Origin: Nitratiruptor sp.
GTDB lineage: Bacteria; Campylobacterota; Campylobacteria; Campylobacterales; Nitratiruptoraceae
Length of the DNA: 32,784 nt
Direction of reading: 5' to 3'
Assembly (NCBI GenBank): GCA_015494505.1
Contig: WGBB01000029.1
Span: 1 to 32,784, forward strand
Every line of letters starts with the position of its first letter. Within the stretch, counting starts at the first letter, position 1. Below, one piece after another: positions 8,157 to 17,858 of the stretch. Below the pieces are notes generated by a model. The model was not told where the DNA came from. It made no database searches and saw only the letters and a program-made list of their open reading frames with translations. The position numbers and the translations under genes were made by a program.

Positions 8157-10087
8157 TACCGGCCTTTGAGCTTTTGCTGCAGCTGCGCATCCTCTACAGC
8201 TATTGTAGCTAAATTATACCAAGAATTTGTGCATTCTCCTACACTTTCCAAAAGATTCTCCGCCAGTTTTGGTTTGCCTGTACGCACATACGAAAGCGCC
8301 AAAATCGAATCCAAAAAACAATCTTTTTTTATCTTCGAAGCGATAGGGCCTAGGAGCTCTATCAACTGGCCGTAGCGCTCATGTTCTATTAGTTTCGACG
8401 CCAAAAGTTTGACAAATTTCTTTATAAGCGGTTTTTCGTAGTTTTTGGCGATGTCATCGCCGTGGCGTGCGATGAAGTTTTTATCGATACGATCGTTTTG
8501 CAAGTAGATGATATTTTGGAAAATGGCACTGTAAAAGTCTTGGGGGCATGCTCGCAGCTGCGCTTCGTACACTCCGCTGCAATTGAGGTCTGCGACGAAG
8601 CAGACGGTAGCTTTGCGACGGTAGTAGTCGCAATCTTTGTTTTTCACTCTCGCAAGCACCAAAAGCGCCTCTTTATAGCGCCTTTTGGCATAGAGTCTAT
8701 CGGCAAGTTTGAGATATATACCCTCATCTTTGTAGTGTGCGCCTAGATATTCTAAAAGTTTAAGACTTTTATCGGATTTGCCGCAATCTTCGAGATAATC
8801 CGCGATTTGCACGAGCACGCTTTTTGAAAAACTTCTTTGAAAGAACTTCTCGTTGGCCAGATAGAGCTTACAAACTCGCTTTGCATATTTGCGATTTGTC
8901 AAAAAGGGACGCCAGAGCCGATCGAAGTACTCTATCTGCTCATATTTCAGAGCAGTTGGATCGATAAGTGAGAGTTCCCAAGCCAAACGCTTGTAGAGTT
9001 TGTCGCTATCGAGCATAAAGGTCTCAAGACCGAAATTTGCCAGAGCGAAAATCCCCACGTAGTTGCCGCGATTTTTTACGAGCGTGGTGACCACGAACTT
9101 GAGAGGGTCTTCCAAAAAAGGCTCTTGGAGATACTTCTTTGCATAGTGAGCAATCTTTTTATCTTGCGTCGTAATGTAGAGAAGCTTGAGCTTGGCGATG
9201 GTAGCGTATTTGGTTTTTGGAAACGTTTTGATGATGCGGATGTAGTAGTTGACGCTGTTTTGGTACTCTTTTTTCAAAAACTTAATATCACCCAGGCGCA
9301 ACAGGGCTTGGGGAAGGATCTCTTTGTTTTTGACGTAGTTGAGGATGCGGCGAAAGAGCATCTCGCTAAAACGCAGATCCCCGATGCGATAGGCCGTCTC
9401 GGCCACAAGCAGGTAGTAGCGGGGATTGTCGATGAGATAGCTCTCGAACTCTTTATAGGTCTTTTGGAAATAGGGCAGCGCCTCCTTGTACTCCTTTTTG
9501 GCAAAATGGTACATACCTTGCAAGAAATCGAACTCTTTTTTCTGTTTTTTGCCTAGCGTCTCGATCCCCAGTATCACCATATACCGGTCGGCCTGGTCCA
9601 TGTAGCCCAGCCACACCGAGGAGCGCAGCAGTCCCATGAGAATATCGAGGCGAAATTTCTTGTCATGAGCGCGTTTGAGGGCTAGTTTATAGTTTGTATA
9701 CGCCCGCTCGTAAAAACCTAAATTTTCATAAATGAGACCTTTGAGAAAATAGTATTTGTCGTCCTTCTTGCCCCCTTTGGCAAGATAGAGATTGAGGTAG
9801 TTGACGGCGTCCCACAAATATTTCTTGTCACCTACCCGTTTACCGATGTAGAGATAGGTATATGCCAACATGTAGAGCGATGGCAGCAGATAGGGCGAAT
9901 CGGGCTGTTTGATGATATAGCTAAATTCGTCCAGAGCCTGATAGTATGAACCTACATCAAAATCGTGCACAGCGTTGTCATAGATGAAACGAAGCGTTTT
10001 GAACTCTTTGGAGTTTTGCGTCAGATTTGCATCCGCTAGGAGAGAAAGGGAGATAAAAAGGGCGATAAACCATCTATACCTTAACAT
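8156..10087 (-). CDS. Exported tetratricopeptide-repeat protein, probable flagellar accessory or scaffold protein
   Basis: Sec-type signal (MLRYRWFIALFISLSLLA) and multiple TPR-like units (YYFLKGLIYENLGFYERAYTNYKLAL; ALLRLGDIKFLKKEYQNSVNYYIRII). It overlaps fliK and flgB. Confidence 0.75.
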   Translation of the reverse strand: MLRYRWFIALFISLSLLADANLTQNSKEFKTLRFIYDNAVHDFDVGSYYQALDEFSYIIKQPDSPYLLPSLYMLAYTYLYIGKRVGDKKYLWDAVNYLNLYLAKGGKKDDKYYFLKGLIYENLGFYERAYTNYKLALKRAHDKKFRLDILMGLLRSSVWLGYMDQADRYMVILGIETLGKKQKKEFDFLQGMYHFAKKEYKEALPYFQKTYKEFESYLIDNPRYYLLVAETAYRIGDLRFSEMLFRRILNYVKNKEILPQALLRLGDIKFLKKEYQNSVNYYIRIIKTFPKTKYATIAKLKLLYITTQDKKIAHYAKKYLQEPFLEDPLKFVVTTLVKNRGNYVGIFALANFGLETFMLDSDKLYKRLAWELSLIDPTALKYEQIEYFDRLWRPFLTNRKYAKRVCKLYLANEKFFQRSFSKSVLVQIADYLEDCGKSDKSLKLLEYLGAHYKDEGIYLKLADRLYAKRRYKEALLVLARVKNKDCDYYRRKATVCFVADLNCSGVYEAQLRACPQDFYSAIFQNIIYLQNDRIDKNFIARHGDDIAKNYEKPLIKKFVKLLASKLIEHERYGQLIELLGPIASKIKKDCFLDSILALSYVRTGKPKLAENLLESVGECTNSWYNLATIAVEDAQLQQKLKGR

Positions 10088-11753
10088 TTACCCCGCTTCT
10101 TGTTTCACTACGAATCGTATCACGGCCTTTGGAATCGATGGTGATGCGGCGCTCCCTATCACGCAGTGTCACCTTGTAGCGTTCATAGCCGCTCTCTTGC
10201 ATGATAGCATCCACCACTTCTGCTATGTTACCCTCAAGTTGCATGCTTTGGGAGCTGACGAAATTGAGTGAAAGCTGCCTTTGATGCATGGTGACATTCA
10301 CAAGTGTCTGGTCGAGGCGCAGCTGGATGGTGCGCACCTCATGACGCCGTAGCTGCTCGAAAGCCTGCTCATCCATCATATGTGTGGGCGCATCTGCTTG
10401 GTGCATCTCAAAACTCTCTCCGCTATCGAAGCTATGTGTGTGCTGTTGTGCCATGTTTTGCGGCTGCTCTTGGATTTGCGTGGCGTGTTTGGATTGCGAA
10501 AGCGTCACGACGCTCTCATCGCGCAACTGCACCTCTTTTGGAGCATCATGCGTCGAAACAAGCGGTTGGGACTCCTCCGCAGAGGTGTGGCGATGCGGTA
10601 TATGGGTCTCTTCACTCTTTGCGACAGAGACGTTCTTTTCGATATAGCGGGCGTGGCGAGGCTGCTTGTGTCCGGTGTTTTGTAGCGAGGAATCCTTGCG
10701 AGTGATAGGTGCAGCTTGCTGGGTCGATGGAGTGGCTAGGCCGCTTTTTTCGTTTTGCTGCAAAGCGTAACCCATCTCCATATGCTTGCTTGCAGCATTG
10801 CCGCCCTCTTGAGGTGCTTGCAGCATCTTTGTATGTGGGAGTACACTCTGCTGAGTATGTCGTGGTTGCTTAGCCTCTTGGGAGGGGGTAGTATCGTTTT
10901 GCATGAGATGAGGAAAGATAGATTCGCTCTTTGGCCCAACCGAGGGCTGCACACGCTGCCAACTCTGCTGCACTTTGGGCTGGGAGGTGGAGCGCTGCGG
11001 CAGGGAAGCGAAATCATGCGGTCTATGGTTTTTGATATGCGTGGTCGGAGATTTGGAAGCTTGTGTCGCACTTTTGTGCACACTCTCTGTATGATGTCTA
11101 TCCCTTTTTCTCGCTTCTTTCCCTATCGTTTGTGACGTTGCGGTCGTAGACCGGGGCTGAAGCTCAGCTGCAATAGCTACGTACTGTGCCAAAGGCTCTG
11201 CGTTTTGGGAATGGGTAGATGGCTGTGGGGCATGGCTTTTTTTAACACTCTTTGAAAGTGTATCTACTTGCCCCTCTTTGTCGTGTATTTTTTTGTGAAG
11301 CCTCTTTGGAGGTTGCATAAATGTATTTGTATGCGCCTCTTTATGCGCTTCTTTTTGTAGAGCGCGACTTTTTGCAGGGATGTTGACCATGAAAAGATGG
11401 GATTTAAGCTCTTTTACATCACTTTTGGGATGCATAGGATTTGCCACATGCACAGATGCGCTCTTTGCTTGAGCGTGCGTTTCGTGCACTTGGGGTATTT
11501 GGGTCTTTTGCACCTCTTGTATCGGCATGCGAGTTTGCTGAGAGGGCGTGAAAATGCTCAAGGATCGCTTCGCGAACGTTTCGGTAGTGAGTGCCGGCTG
11601 CACCTTGGGAGTAATCTTTTGCGAAAAAGTCTGCTCAAGACTCTTTTGCAAAAGATTATCAAAGAGTTCGGGATGCGCGGCAGTGCTTTTTTGTCTCTTG
11701 TCTGCGACGAGGCTCTTTTCGAGGTTTTGTAGTAATAGTGCGAAGATATCCAT
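10074..11753 (-). CDS. fliK: Probable flagellar hook-length control protein FliK (divergent)
   Basis: 559 aa with a long Q/H/S/T/P-rich low-complexity region, a compact C-terminal beta/alpha domain (IQLRLDQTLVNVTMHQRQLSLNF) and a terminal GVNVKV, in flagellar context. Confidence 0.65.
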   Translation of the reverse strand: MDIFALLLQNLEKSLVADKRQKSTAAHPELFDNLLQKSLEQTFSQKITPKVQPALTTETFAKRSLSIFTPSQQTRMPIQEVQKTQIPQVHETHAQAKSASVHVANPMHPKSDVKELKSHLFMVNIPAKSRALQKEAHKEAHTNTFMQPPKRLHKKIHDKEGQVDTLSKSVKKSHAPQPSTHSQNAEPLAQYVAIAAELQPRSTTATSQTIGKEARKRDRHHTESVHKSATQASKSPTTHIKNHRPHDFASLPQRSTSQPKVQQSWQRVQPSVGPKSESIFPHLMQNDTTPSQEAKQPRHTQQSVLPHTKMLQAPQEGGNAASKHMEMGYALQQNEKSGLATPSTQQAAPITRKDSSLQNTGHKQPRHARYIEKNVSVAKSEETHIPHRHTSAEESQPLVSTHDAPKEVQLRDESVVTLSQSKHATQIQEQPQNMAQQHTHSFDSGESFEMHQADAPTHMMDEQAFEQLRRHEVRTIQLRLDQTLVNVTMHQRQLSLNFVSSQSMQLEGNIAEVVDAIMQESGYERYKVTLRDRERRITIDSKGRDTIRSETRSGVNVKV

Positions 11754-12385
11754 TAGTACTCGAGCTCCGTGAGATATTTTTTGAGTTTGTTGATCGCCTG
11801 CGTCTTTATCTGCGATACACGTGATTGCGAGATGCCCAGACTCGCCGCTATCTCCTTGGGCTCACGCTCCTCGAAAAAAAACATCTGCAACGTGCGACGC
11901 TCTTTTTCATTCAGAGCCTCCATGGCCTCAGCGAGCTTCTCGCCCATCTGCGAGGTAATCGCCTGATCTTCGGGACTAAGCTCATCACTTATCATAATAT
12001 CTATAAGCTTAGAAGAACCTTCATCTCCCCCTATCGCTTTTTCCATGCTTATCATGATAGCGAGGTTTGAAAGAGGTATATCCTTGCCCTCTTCTTTTTC
12101 TTTCTTTATTTTTTCGCGCATGCTACGCGGCAGGATATGGAGCGAGCGCAGATAGTCGAGGATTTCGCCACGAATCTTGATGTAGGCGTATGTCGAAAAT
12201 TGTGCCTTGGACTCGTCAAATTTGTCGATAGCTTTGATGAGTCCTATGATGCCGGTATTGACCAGCTCATCAAACTCTATTCCCGCATCGCGCGGCAGCT
12301 TGAAAAATATCTTCGAAGCCACCTTTTTTACCAGCGGAGTGTTATCGAGAATGATCTGCTGCTTCTGCTCCACACTTACCTTCAT
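11753..12385 (-). CDS. fliA: Flagellar sigma factor sigma28 (FliA)
   Basis: ELVNTGIIGLIKAIDKFD, FSTYAYIKIRGEILDYLR, region 4 EIAASLGISQSRVSQI; follows flhF-flhG. Confidence 0.93.
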   Translation of the reverse strand: MKVSVEQKQQIILDNTPLVKKVASKIFFKLPRDAGIEFDELVNTGIIGLIKAIDKFDESKAQFSTYAYIKIRGEILDYLRSLHILPRSMREKIKKEKEEGKDIPLSNLAIMISMEKAIGGDEGSSKLIDIMISDELSPEDQAITSQMGEKLAEAMEALNEKERRTLQMFFFEEREPKEIAASLGISQSRVSQIKTQAINKLKKYLTELEY

Positions 12386-13230
12386 CGGCTCTTTCCCATA
12401 AAATCAAATAGTTTTTTCCAAAAATTTTCCGGTTCGGGTTGCGTAAGAGCAAGCTCTGCCTTGCAGATCTTGCGCAGATTTTGGGTGTAGGCGTCTTTTG
12501 GGTATTTGCGTGCTATGAGTTCCTTGTGCTTTACGGCATTTCGTAAGGTGTTGGTAAAAGGGAGCACGCCCAAAAGCTCCAGGTCGAGATCGAGAAACTT
12601 CTTGACCGAGATTTTGAGCTTGTTGAACGTCAGTTCCCCCTCTTCTTGGTTTTTGGCCATATTGACCACGACCTTGAATCTGTCGTAGCCGTAGATGTTA
12701 TAGATCGACTTGACTAAAGCATAGGCATCCATGAGCGCCGTAGGCTCGGGCGTGGTAACGATGATGGATCGATGCGAAGCACGCAAGAACGCCGCCACCT
12801 TCTCGTCAATGCCGGCTCCCGTATCTATGATGACATAGTCGTAGCGCTTGGAAACCTCATCGAGCTGGTTGACGATAGCCTGTATGGAGACCTCATCGAG
12901 CTCGAAAAAGTCGTCTATACCGGAAAATCCCAAGAGCACGTCGAAATTGTAGCTGCGCTGGATCACCTCTTCGACGGTAGCGCCTGCGAAGAGATCCTTG
13001 ATGCTCTTTTTGGGAGTGAGGTTCAAAAACAGATGTACGTTGGCCATACCGATATCGGCGTCGATAAGCAAGATCTTCTTATCGCATTCATTGGCCAAGA
13101 GATAGGAATAATTGACGGCGAAGTTGGTCTTACCCACGCCGCCTTTTCCGCTGGCAACGGTGATAAATTTGCTATTGGTGCTTTGGCTCTTGGCCATCAG
13201 GTCTCTTAGACCACTCGCTTGATCCATCAT
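12382..13230 (-). CDS. flhG: MinD-like ATPase FlhG (FleN)
   Basis: N-terminal DQASGL motif, SGKGGVGKT, DADIGMAN, DTGAG, TTPEPTALMDAYA, C-terminal amphipathic FWKKLF. Confidence 0.95.
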   Translation of the reverse strand: MMDQASGLRDLMAKSQSTNSKFITVASGKGGVGKTNFAVNYSYLLANECDKKILLIDADIGMANVHLFLNLTPKKSIKDLFAGATVEEVIQRSYNFDVLLGFSGIDDFFELDEVSIQAIVNQLDEVSKRYDYVIIDTGAGIDEKVAAFLRASHRSIIVTTPEPTALMDAYALVKSIYNIYGYDRFKVVVNMAKNQEEGELTFNKLKISVKKFLDLDLELLGVLPFTNTLRNAVKHKELIARKYPKDAYTQNLRKICKAELALTQPEPENFWKKLFDFMGKSR

Positions 13231-14396
13231 AGGCTCTCACCCAAAATGTAGTTTGCCATGCGCTCGGGAGTGAGCACACGGATATCTTCGGGCACCTTCT
13301 GCCCGGTGCTAATAAAGGAGACCGGAATATCGGTCTTGATAGGAAGATTGAGCAAAATTCCGGGCTTGTAGGTCTCATCGATTTTGGTAAAGAATATGTC
13401 GCTAATAGGGAAAAAGGTGCGATAGCGGTTGACCACTTCGATCGCTTCGGTATTTTTGTAGTTGCAGCTAATAACCAGCGAAATATCCATAAAATCGCTG
13501 CCGCTGCCCAAAATCTCCTTCATCTCGCCAAGCCTCCAGTAATCATAGTGGCTGCGACCCACGGTATCGATGAGCACTACGTCGATACCGCTGAGGTTTT
13601 GGAGCGTTTTTCTCAAGTTTTTCGAATCGGTAATGGCAAAAAACGGAATATTGAGAATATTGGAAAAACTGCGGGCTTGTTGGATAGCCCCCACTTTGAA
13701 GGTGTCGATGCTGATTACTGCAATTTTGAGCTTTTGGTTGATGACGAGCTCCGATGCTATTTTGAAAAGATTGGTGGTTTTACCTACGCCAGTGGGGCCC
13801 ACGAATGCGATCACTTTGAAAGCCCCTTTTTGGATTTTTAGAGGCCCTTTGAACTTGATCTTCTTTTCGATGGCGTTGACGAGAGCTTCTTTGAAAAAAG
13901 AGGTGTTGAGATCGAATTTGTTGGCATCGATATCGAATCCGCAGGACTCCTTGACCAGCAGCTTGGCCACCTTGGGATCCACATCTTTTTTCAATAAAAG
14001 CTTAATAAGATCGAGGGCATCGCCCGTAAACTCCTTGAACTCCTCGGCAAAATCAAGCTGTCTGCTCCCTTGTGACGTATGGGGAGGAACTTCCGTTATG
14101 GCGCCTTCTTGGACGATGGCTTTTTTAAGGGGCTCGATCTTTTTGTCTATCATCTTTTCGATACGTTCTAAAAACTTATCCACCTCTTGCGACTTCTCCT
14201 CTTTCGATAGCACATCCATAAACCCCTCCTCTTCCGTGGGCACCTGCACAAAAAGGGCATACTTTTTGCGCCCGAAAAACGGCAAACCGCTCTTGGAAAC
14301 TTCATAGCTGATAATCTTGACGTCTTTGCCGTACTCCTGCTTGGCCTGGTGAATCAGCTGCTCCAAGTCGTGCCCTTCATACTTAACTATTTCCAT
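13227..14396 (-). CDS. flhF: SRP-family GTPase FlhF
   Basis: GPTGVGKTT, DTFKVGA, DTVGRS, TKIDET, GQKVPED. Confidence 0.95.
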   Translation of the reverse strand: MEIVKYEGHDLEQLIHQAKQEYGKDVKIISYEVSKSGLPFFGRKKYALFVQVPTEEEGFMDVLSKEEKSQEVDKFLERIEKMIDKKIEPLKKAIVQEGAITEVPPHTSQGSRQLDFAEEFKEFTGDALDLIKLLLKKDVDPKVAKLLVKESCGFDIDANKFDLNTSFFKEALVNAIEKKIKFKGPLKIQKGAFKVIAFVGPTGVGKTTNLFKIASELVINQKLKIAVISIDTFKVGAIQQARSFSNILNIPFFAITDSKNLRKTLQNLSGIDVVLIDTVGRSHYDYWRLGEMKEILGSGSDFMDISLVISCNYKNTEAIEVVNRYRTFFPISDIFFTKIDETYKPGILLNLPIKTDIPVSFISTGQKVPEDIRVLTPERMANYILGESL

Positions 14397-16470
14397 TGAG
14401 ATCCACCTTGGCGACTATGTTGAGTTTTGTTTTCGGCTCCACTTCGTTGTATGACAGGACGCTCACGTTTGCCAGATAGGGCTCGATGAGCCGCCGTACG
14501 AATCTGCGCACACTGGGTGAGGTGAGCAGCACAGGCGTGCGCTGTTCGACGATAAATTTTTCCAAATTGGCGTTTATCTGCAAAATAAAGTGCTGCAGTT
14601 TCGCTGGATCCAAAGGCGGCAAATTGCCCTCATACTCTTTGATTTTTTGGTACAAAAACTCTTCGCTGGAACTATCGAGCGTCATAGCATAGAGCACACC
14701 GTCTTTTGCGTAGATGGACGTGATAAGACGCGCGAGCCCCTCGCGCACGAACTCCGTCAAAAGATCGGTATCCGTGGTTTTGGTGATGTTATCCGCGAGA
14801 TTTTCTATGATAGTCAGCAGGTCTTTGATGGGGATATTCTCTTTAAGAAGATTTTGCAATACCCTGTGCAATACCGAATATGGCACCTGCTCGGGCACCA
14901 GGTCTTTTACGATAGGATACTTCTTGGCCAGGTTTTCCACCAGCTCCTTGGTTTCGCTGCGTCCTAGTATCTCGTAAGAGTGGGATTTGAGCACTTCCGA
15001 TAGATGGGTGATAATCACGGTAGGTATGTCCACCACGGTATAGCCTAGCATCTTGGCTTTGTCTTTGTTGGACTCATCTATCCAATAGGCTTTAAGGCCA
15101 AATGTGGGCTCTGTGGTCTCTATCCCTTCTATCGCCCCTCTGGTACTGCCGGTATCGATAGCCAGAAGTTTGCCTGGATGCACCTCGCCCCTTGCCACTT
15201 CGATACCGCGTATGAGGATGCGATACTCGCCTGATCCCAGCTCGAGATTGTCCTTGATATGAATGAGGGGGATAATGAGCCCCAGATCCTTGCTCAGCTG
15301 CTTGCGCAAAGCCTTGATGCGCTTGACGATTTCGCCGCCTTGCTGGTCGTCTACCAAAGGGATGAGCCCGTAGCCGATTTCAAAGGAGATAGTCTCGGGC
15401 TGCACCACCAGCTCCTCCTCTTCCTCTTCCTGCGTCTGGCTGATAAGCTCCTTGGCGCGCTCTTCGGCTTCTTTGATTTCACGATTTTTGAGATCGAGCT
15501 GCATCATGTACCCCGTGATAGCCAAAAGCGAAGCCAGCACCATGAAAGGTACGAACGGCATCCCGGGCACGATTCCCATGATAGCCAGTGCCGCCGCACT
15601 CATAAACAGGGCCTTGGGATAGCCGGTGAGCTGGCTGAATATTTCCTTACCCAGGTTCGTCTCAGACACCGCGCGTGTCACCATGAGCCCGGCTGCAGTG
15701 GAGGTGATGAGAGAGGGTATCTGGCTCACAAGCCCGTCACCCACCGTCAAAAGTGTAAAGTTTGCCGCCGCAGTCGCCACACTCATGCCGTGCTGGAAAA
15801 CACCGATAGCGATACCGCCTATGATATTGATGAGTGTAATGATGATGCCGGCTATAGCATCGCCTCGAATAAATTTGCTCGCACCGTCCATCGCACCGTA
15901 GAAGTCCGCCTCTTTGGCTATCTCTTGGCGGCGGCGTTGCGCCTCCTCTTCATCGATGAGACCCGCATTGAGGTCCGCATCTATCGCCATCTGCTTACCC
16001 GGCATCGCATCGAGAGTAAAGCGCGCCCCCACTTCGCTGATGCGCTCGGTCCCTTTAGTGATGACGATGAAGTTGATGGTCACGAGCACTATAAAGACGA
16101 TGATACCTACTACGTAGTTGCCGCCCACCACAAACTCGCCGAAGCTCTGTATGAGATGGCCTGCAGCGTCGGGTCCCTCATGACCGTGTAAGAGGATACG
16201 CCTCGTGGTGGCCACGTTGAGAGAGAGGCGAAAGAGCGTGGCTATCAAAAGAAGCGAAGGGAACGCAGAGATTTGCAAAGGGTTGCTCACATACACGGTG
16301 GCCATGAGCATCACCAGCGAAAAGGTGATACTAGTGGTAAGCAAGATATCGAGCAAGAAAGGTGGAACGGGCAAGACCATCGAGCCCAAAATCGCTAATA
16401 TGAGCACGATAATGATAGCGTCGGAATGGTCGTTTATCTTCGTAAAGACGCGCTCGATACTTTGTGTCAT
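14383..16470 (-). CDS. flhA: Export gate protein FlhA
   Basis: FPSLLLIATLFRLSLNVATTR, RISEVGARFTLDAMPGKQMAIDADL, FYGAMDGASKF. Confidence 0.98.
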   Translation of the reverse strand: MTQSIERVFTKINDHSDAIIIVLILAILGSMVLPVPPFLLDILLTTSITFSLVMLMATVYVSNPLQISAFPSLLLIATLFRLSLNVATTRRILLHGHEGPDAAGHLIQSFGEFVVGGNYVVGIIVFIVLVTINFIVITKGTERISEVGARFTLDAMPGKQMAIDADLNAGLIDEEEAQRRRQEIAKEADFYGAMDGASKFIRGDAIAGIIITLINIIGGIAIGVFQHGMSVATAAANFTLLTVGDGLVSQIPSLITSTAAGLMVTRAVSETNLGKEIFSQLTGYPKALFMSAAALAIMGIVPGMPFVPFMVLASLLAITGYMMQLDLKNREIKEAEERAKELISQTQEEEEEELVVQPETISFEIGYGLIPLVDDQQGGEIVKRIKALRKQLSKDLGLIIPLIHIKDNLELGSGEYRILIRGIEVARGEVHPGKLLAIDTGSTRGAIEGIETTEPTFGLKAYWIDESNKDKAKMLGYTVVDIPTVIITHLSEVLKSHSYEILGRSETKELVENLAKKYPIVKDLVPEQVPYSVLHRVLQNLLKENIPIKDLLTIIENLADNITKTTDTDLLTEFVREGLARLITSIYAKDGVLYAMTLDSSSEEFLYQKIKEYEGNLPPLDPAKLQHFILQINANLEKFIVEQRTPVLLTSPSVRRFVRRLIEPYLANVSVLSYNEVEPKTKLNIVAKVDLNGNS

Positions 16471-16766
16471 TTGCCTTGCTCTTCGTAGGTTTTCAGTGCG
16501 TTTTGGATGTACTCTTTAAGTCCCAAAGCGTCCGCATCGCTGATAGCTTTGGACATCTGCATATCGAACATGTCCCAGTATATTTTGGCCGAAAAGGAGT
16601 GCCCAAAGAGCGAGGACTCTTTTTCTAGCTCCTTGCGCACCTCCTTTAAAAACATATGCAAAAACTCCTCCTCAAAAGCCTTGGCGGCCTCTGCTTTGGT
16701 GCGTATCTCAGAGAGATTTTTGATATCCCAGTATGCCGTGTTTTCTATCTTCATATCGCTTCTCAC
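16467..16766 (-). CDS. flgJ: Rod-capping protein FlgJ (rod-binding domain only)
   Basis: AAKAFEEEFLHMFLKEVRK...IYWDMFD...LGL, downstream of flgI, with no muramidase domain. An alternative ATG lies at 16754. Confidence 0.8.
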   Translation of the reverse strand: MRSDMKIENTAYWDIKNLSEIRTKAEAAKAFEEEFLHMFLKEVRKELEKESSLFGHSFSAKIYWDMFDMQMSKAISDADALGLKEYIQNALKTYEEQGK

Positions 16767-17848
16767 ATTATCACAATTTTGGCATGCAGTTTGCCCGATT
16801 TCTTGATAGCTTCGATGATGGCTATCAGGTCTCTAGGCGAGATGCCCAGATCGTTGAGCGCTTTGACAAGGTCTTTGAGCGTAGGCTCTTTAATAGCGAA
16901 TATTCTACCGTTTTCCTCTTCTATTTTCGTTGTAATTTTCGGCACTACCTTCGTTTCGCCGCCACTGAGCGTCGGCGGCTGGGAGACCTCTTTTTGTTTT
17001 TGGACCGTGACGTAGATGTTGCCATGGGAGATATAAACAGGTGTGTCGAGCTTGATATCTCCGCTCATAATCACGGTGCCCGTGCGCTCATAAATGACGA
17101 TAGTCGGCTCGCTTGCGCTCTCGATTTTTAGATCCAAAATTTTGGAGACGAACTTCACCTTGTCCGTGGCGATATCGGGAAAGCGCACCTTCACCGTCGC
17201 CGCATCGATGGCATAGGCTAGATCGCGTCCGAAGGTGCGGTTGATGCTTTCAACTATGTTTTTGGCCGTCTCGAAGTTGGGATGTTTGAGCGTAAGAGTG
17301 ACATCCGGTTGGTTTTCGAAATTATACGGAAGGTTGCGCTCGATGATGGCACCGTTTGGAATAACGCCCGTAGTGGTGAAATTTTTTTGTATCTTGCCGC
17401 CTTTGTTGGACTCTGTATAGCCGCCGCCCGTGGAGACGGGACCCTGGGCGAAGGCGTAGAGCTTGCGGTCGGGTCCAAAGAGCGGCGTACGAATCAGCAC
17501 GCCGTTACCGATATCTTTGGCATCTCCGATACTGGAGACCGTTACGTCCACCACCATGCCGCTCTTCGCAAAGGGCGGCAATTTGGCAGTCACAATCACG
17601 GCGGCTGCGTTTTTGGTCTTTACATCTTTGGGGTCGATGTAGATGCCCATTTTTTTGAGCATATTGGCGATGCTTAACAGCGTAAATTTGGTAGTAGTAC
17701 CATCGCCCGTACCTTGCAAACCCACTACGATGCCGTAGCCCGTGAGGTAGTTTTCGCGCACGCCGACGATATTGACCTCATCGCCTATACGCGTACTCAC
17801 CGCATACGCTTGCAAGATACACAACAAAAACAAACCTATTCTTTTCAC
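16763..17848 (-). CDS. flgI: P-ring protein FlgI
   Basis: GVRENYLTGYGIVVGLQGTGD, KNAAAVIVTAKLPPF, VSSIGDA, ERTGTVI. Confidence 0.97.
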   Translation of the reverse strand: MKRIGLFLLCILQAYAVSTRIGDEVNIVGVRENYLTGYGIVVGLQGTGDGTTTKFTLLSIANMLKKMGIYIDPKDVKTKNAAAVIVTAKLPPFAKSGMVVDVTVSSIGDAKDIGNGVLIRTPLFGPDRKLYAFAQGPVSTGGGYTESNKGGKIQKNFTTTGVIPNGAIIERNLPYNFENQPDVTLTLKHPNFETAKNIVESINRTFGRDLAYAIDAATVKVRFPDIATDKVKFVSKILDLKIESASEPTIVIYERTGTVIMSGDIKLDTPVYISHGNIYVTVQKQKEVSQPPTLSGGETKVVPKITTKIEEENGRIFAIKEPTLKDLVKALNDLGISPRDLIAIIEAIKKSGKLHAKIVIM

Positions 17849-17858
17849 GTTTCTCCTC

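Noticed and set aside
10304-11772. Multiple Cys-rich plus-strand ORFs
   Set aside because: Artefacts of reverse-reading the His/Gln/Thr codons of the FliK-like gene.
13570-14307. 245-aa plus-strand ORF
   Set aside because: Antisense shadow of flhF.
15259-16191. 310-aa plus-strand ORF
   Set aside because: Antisense shadow of flhA with no recognisable motifs.
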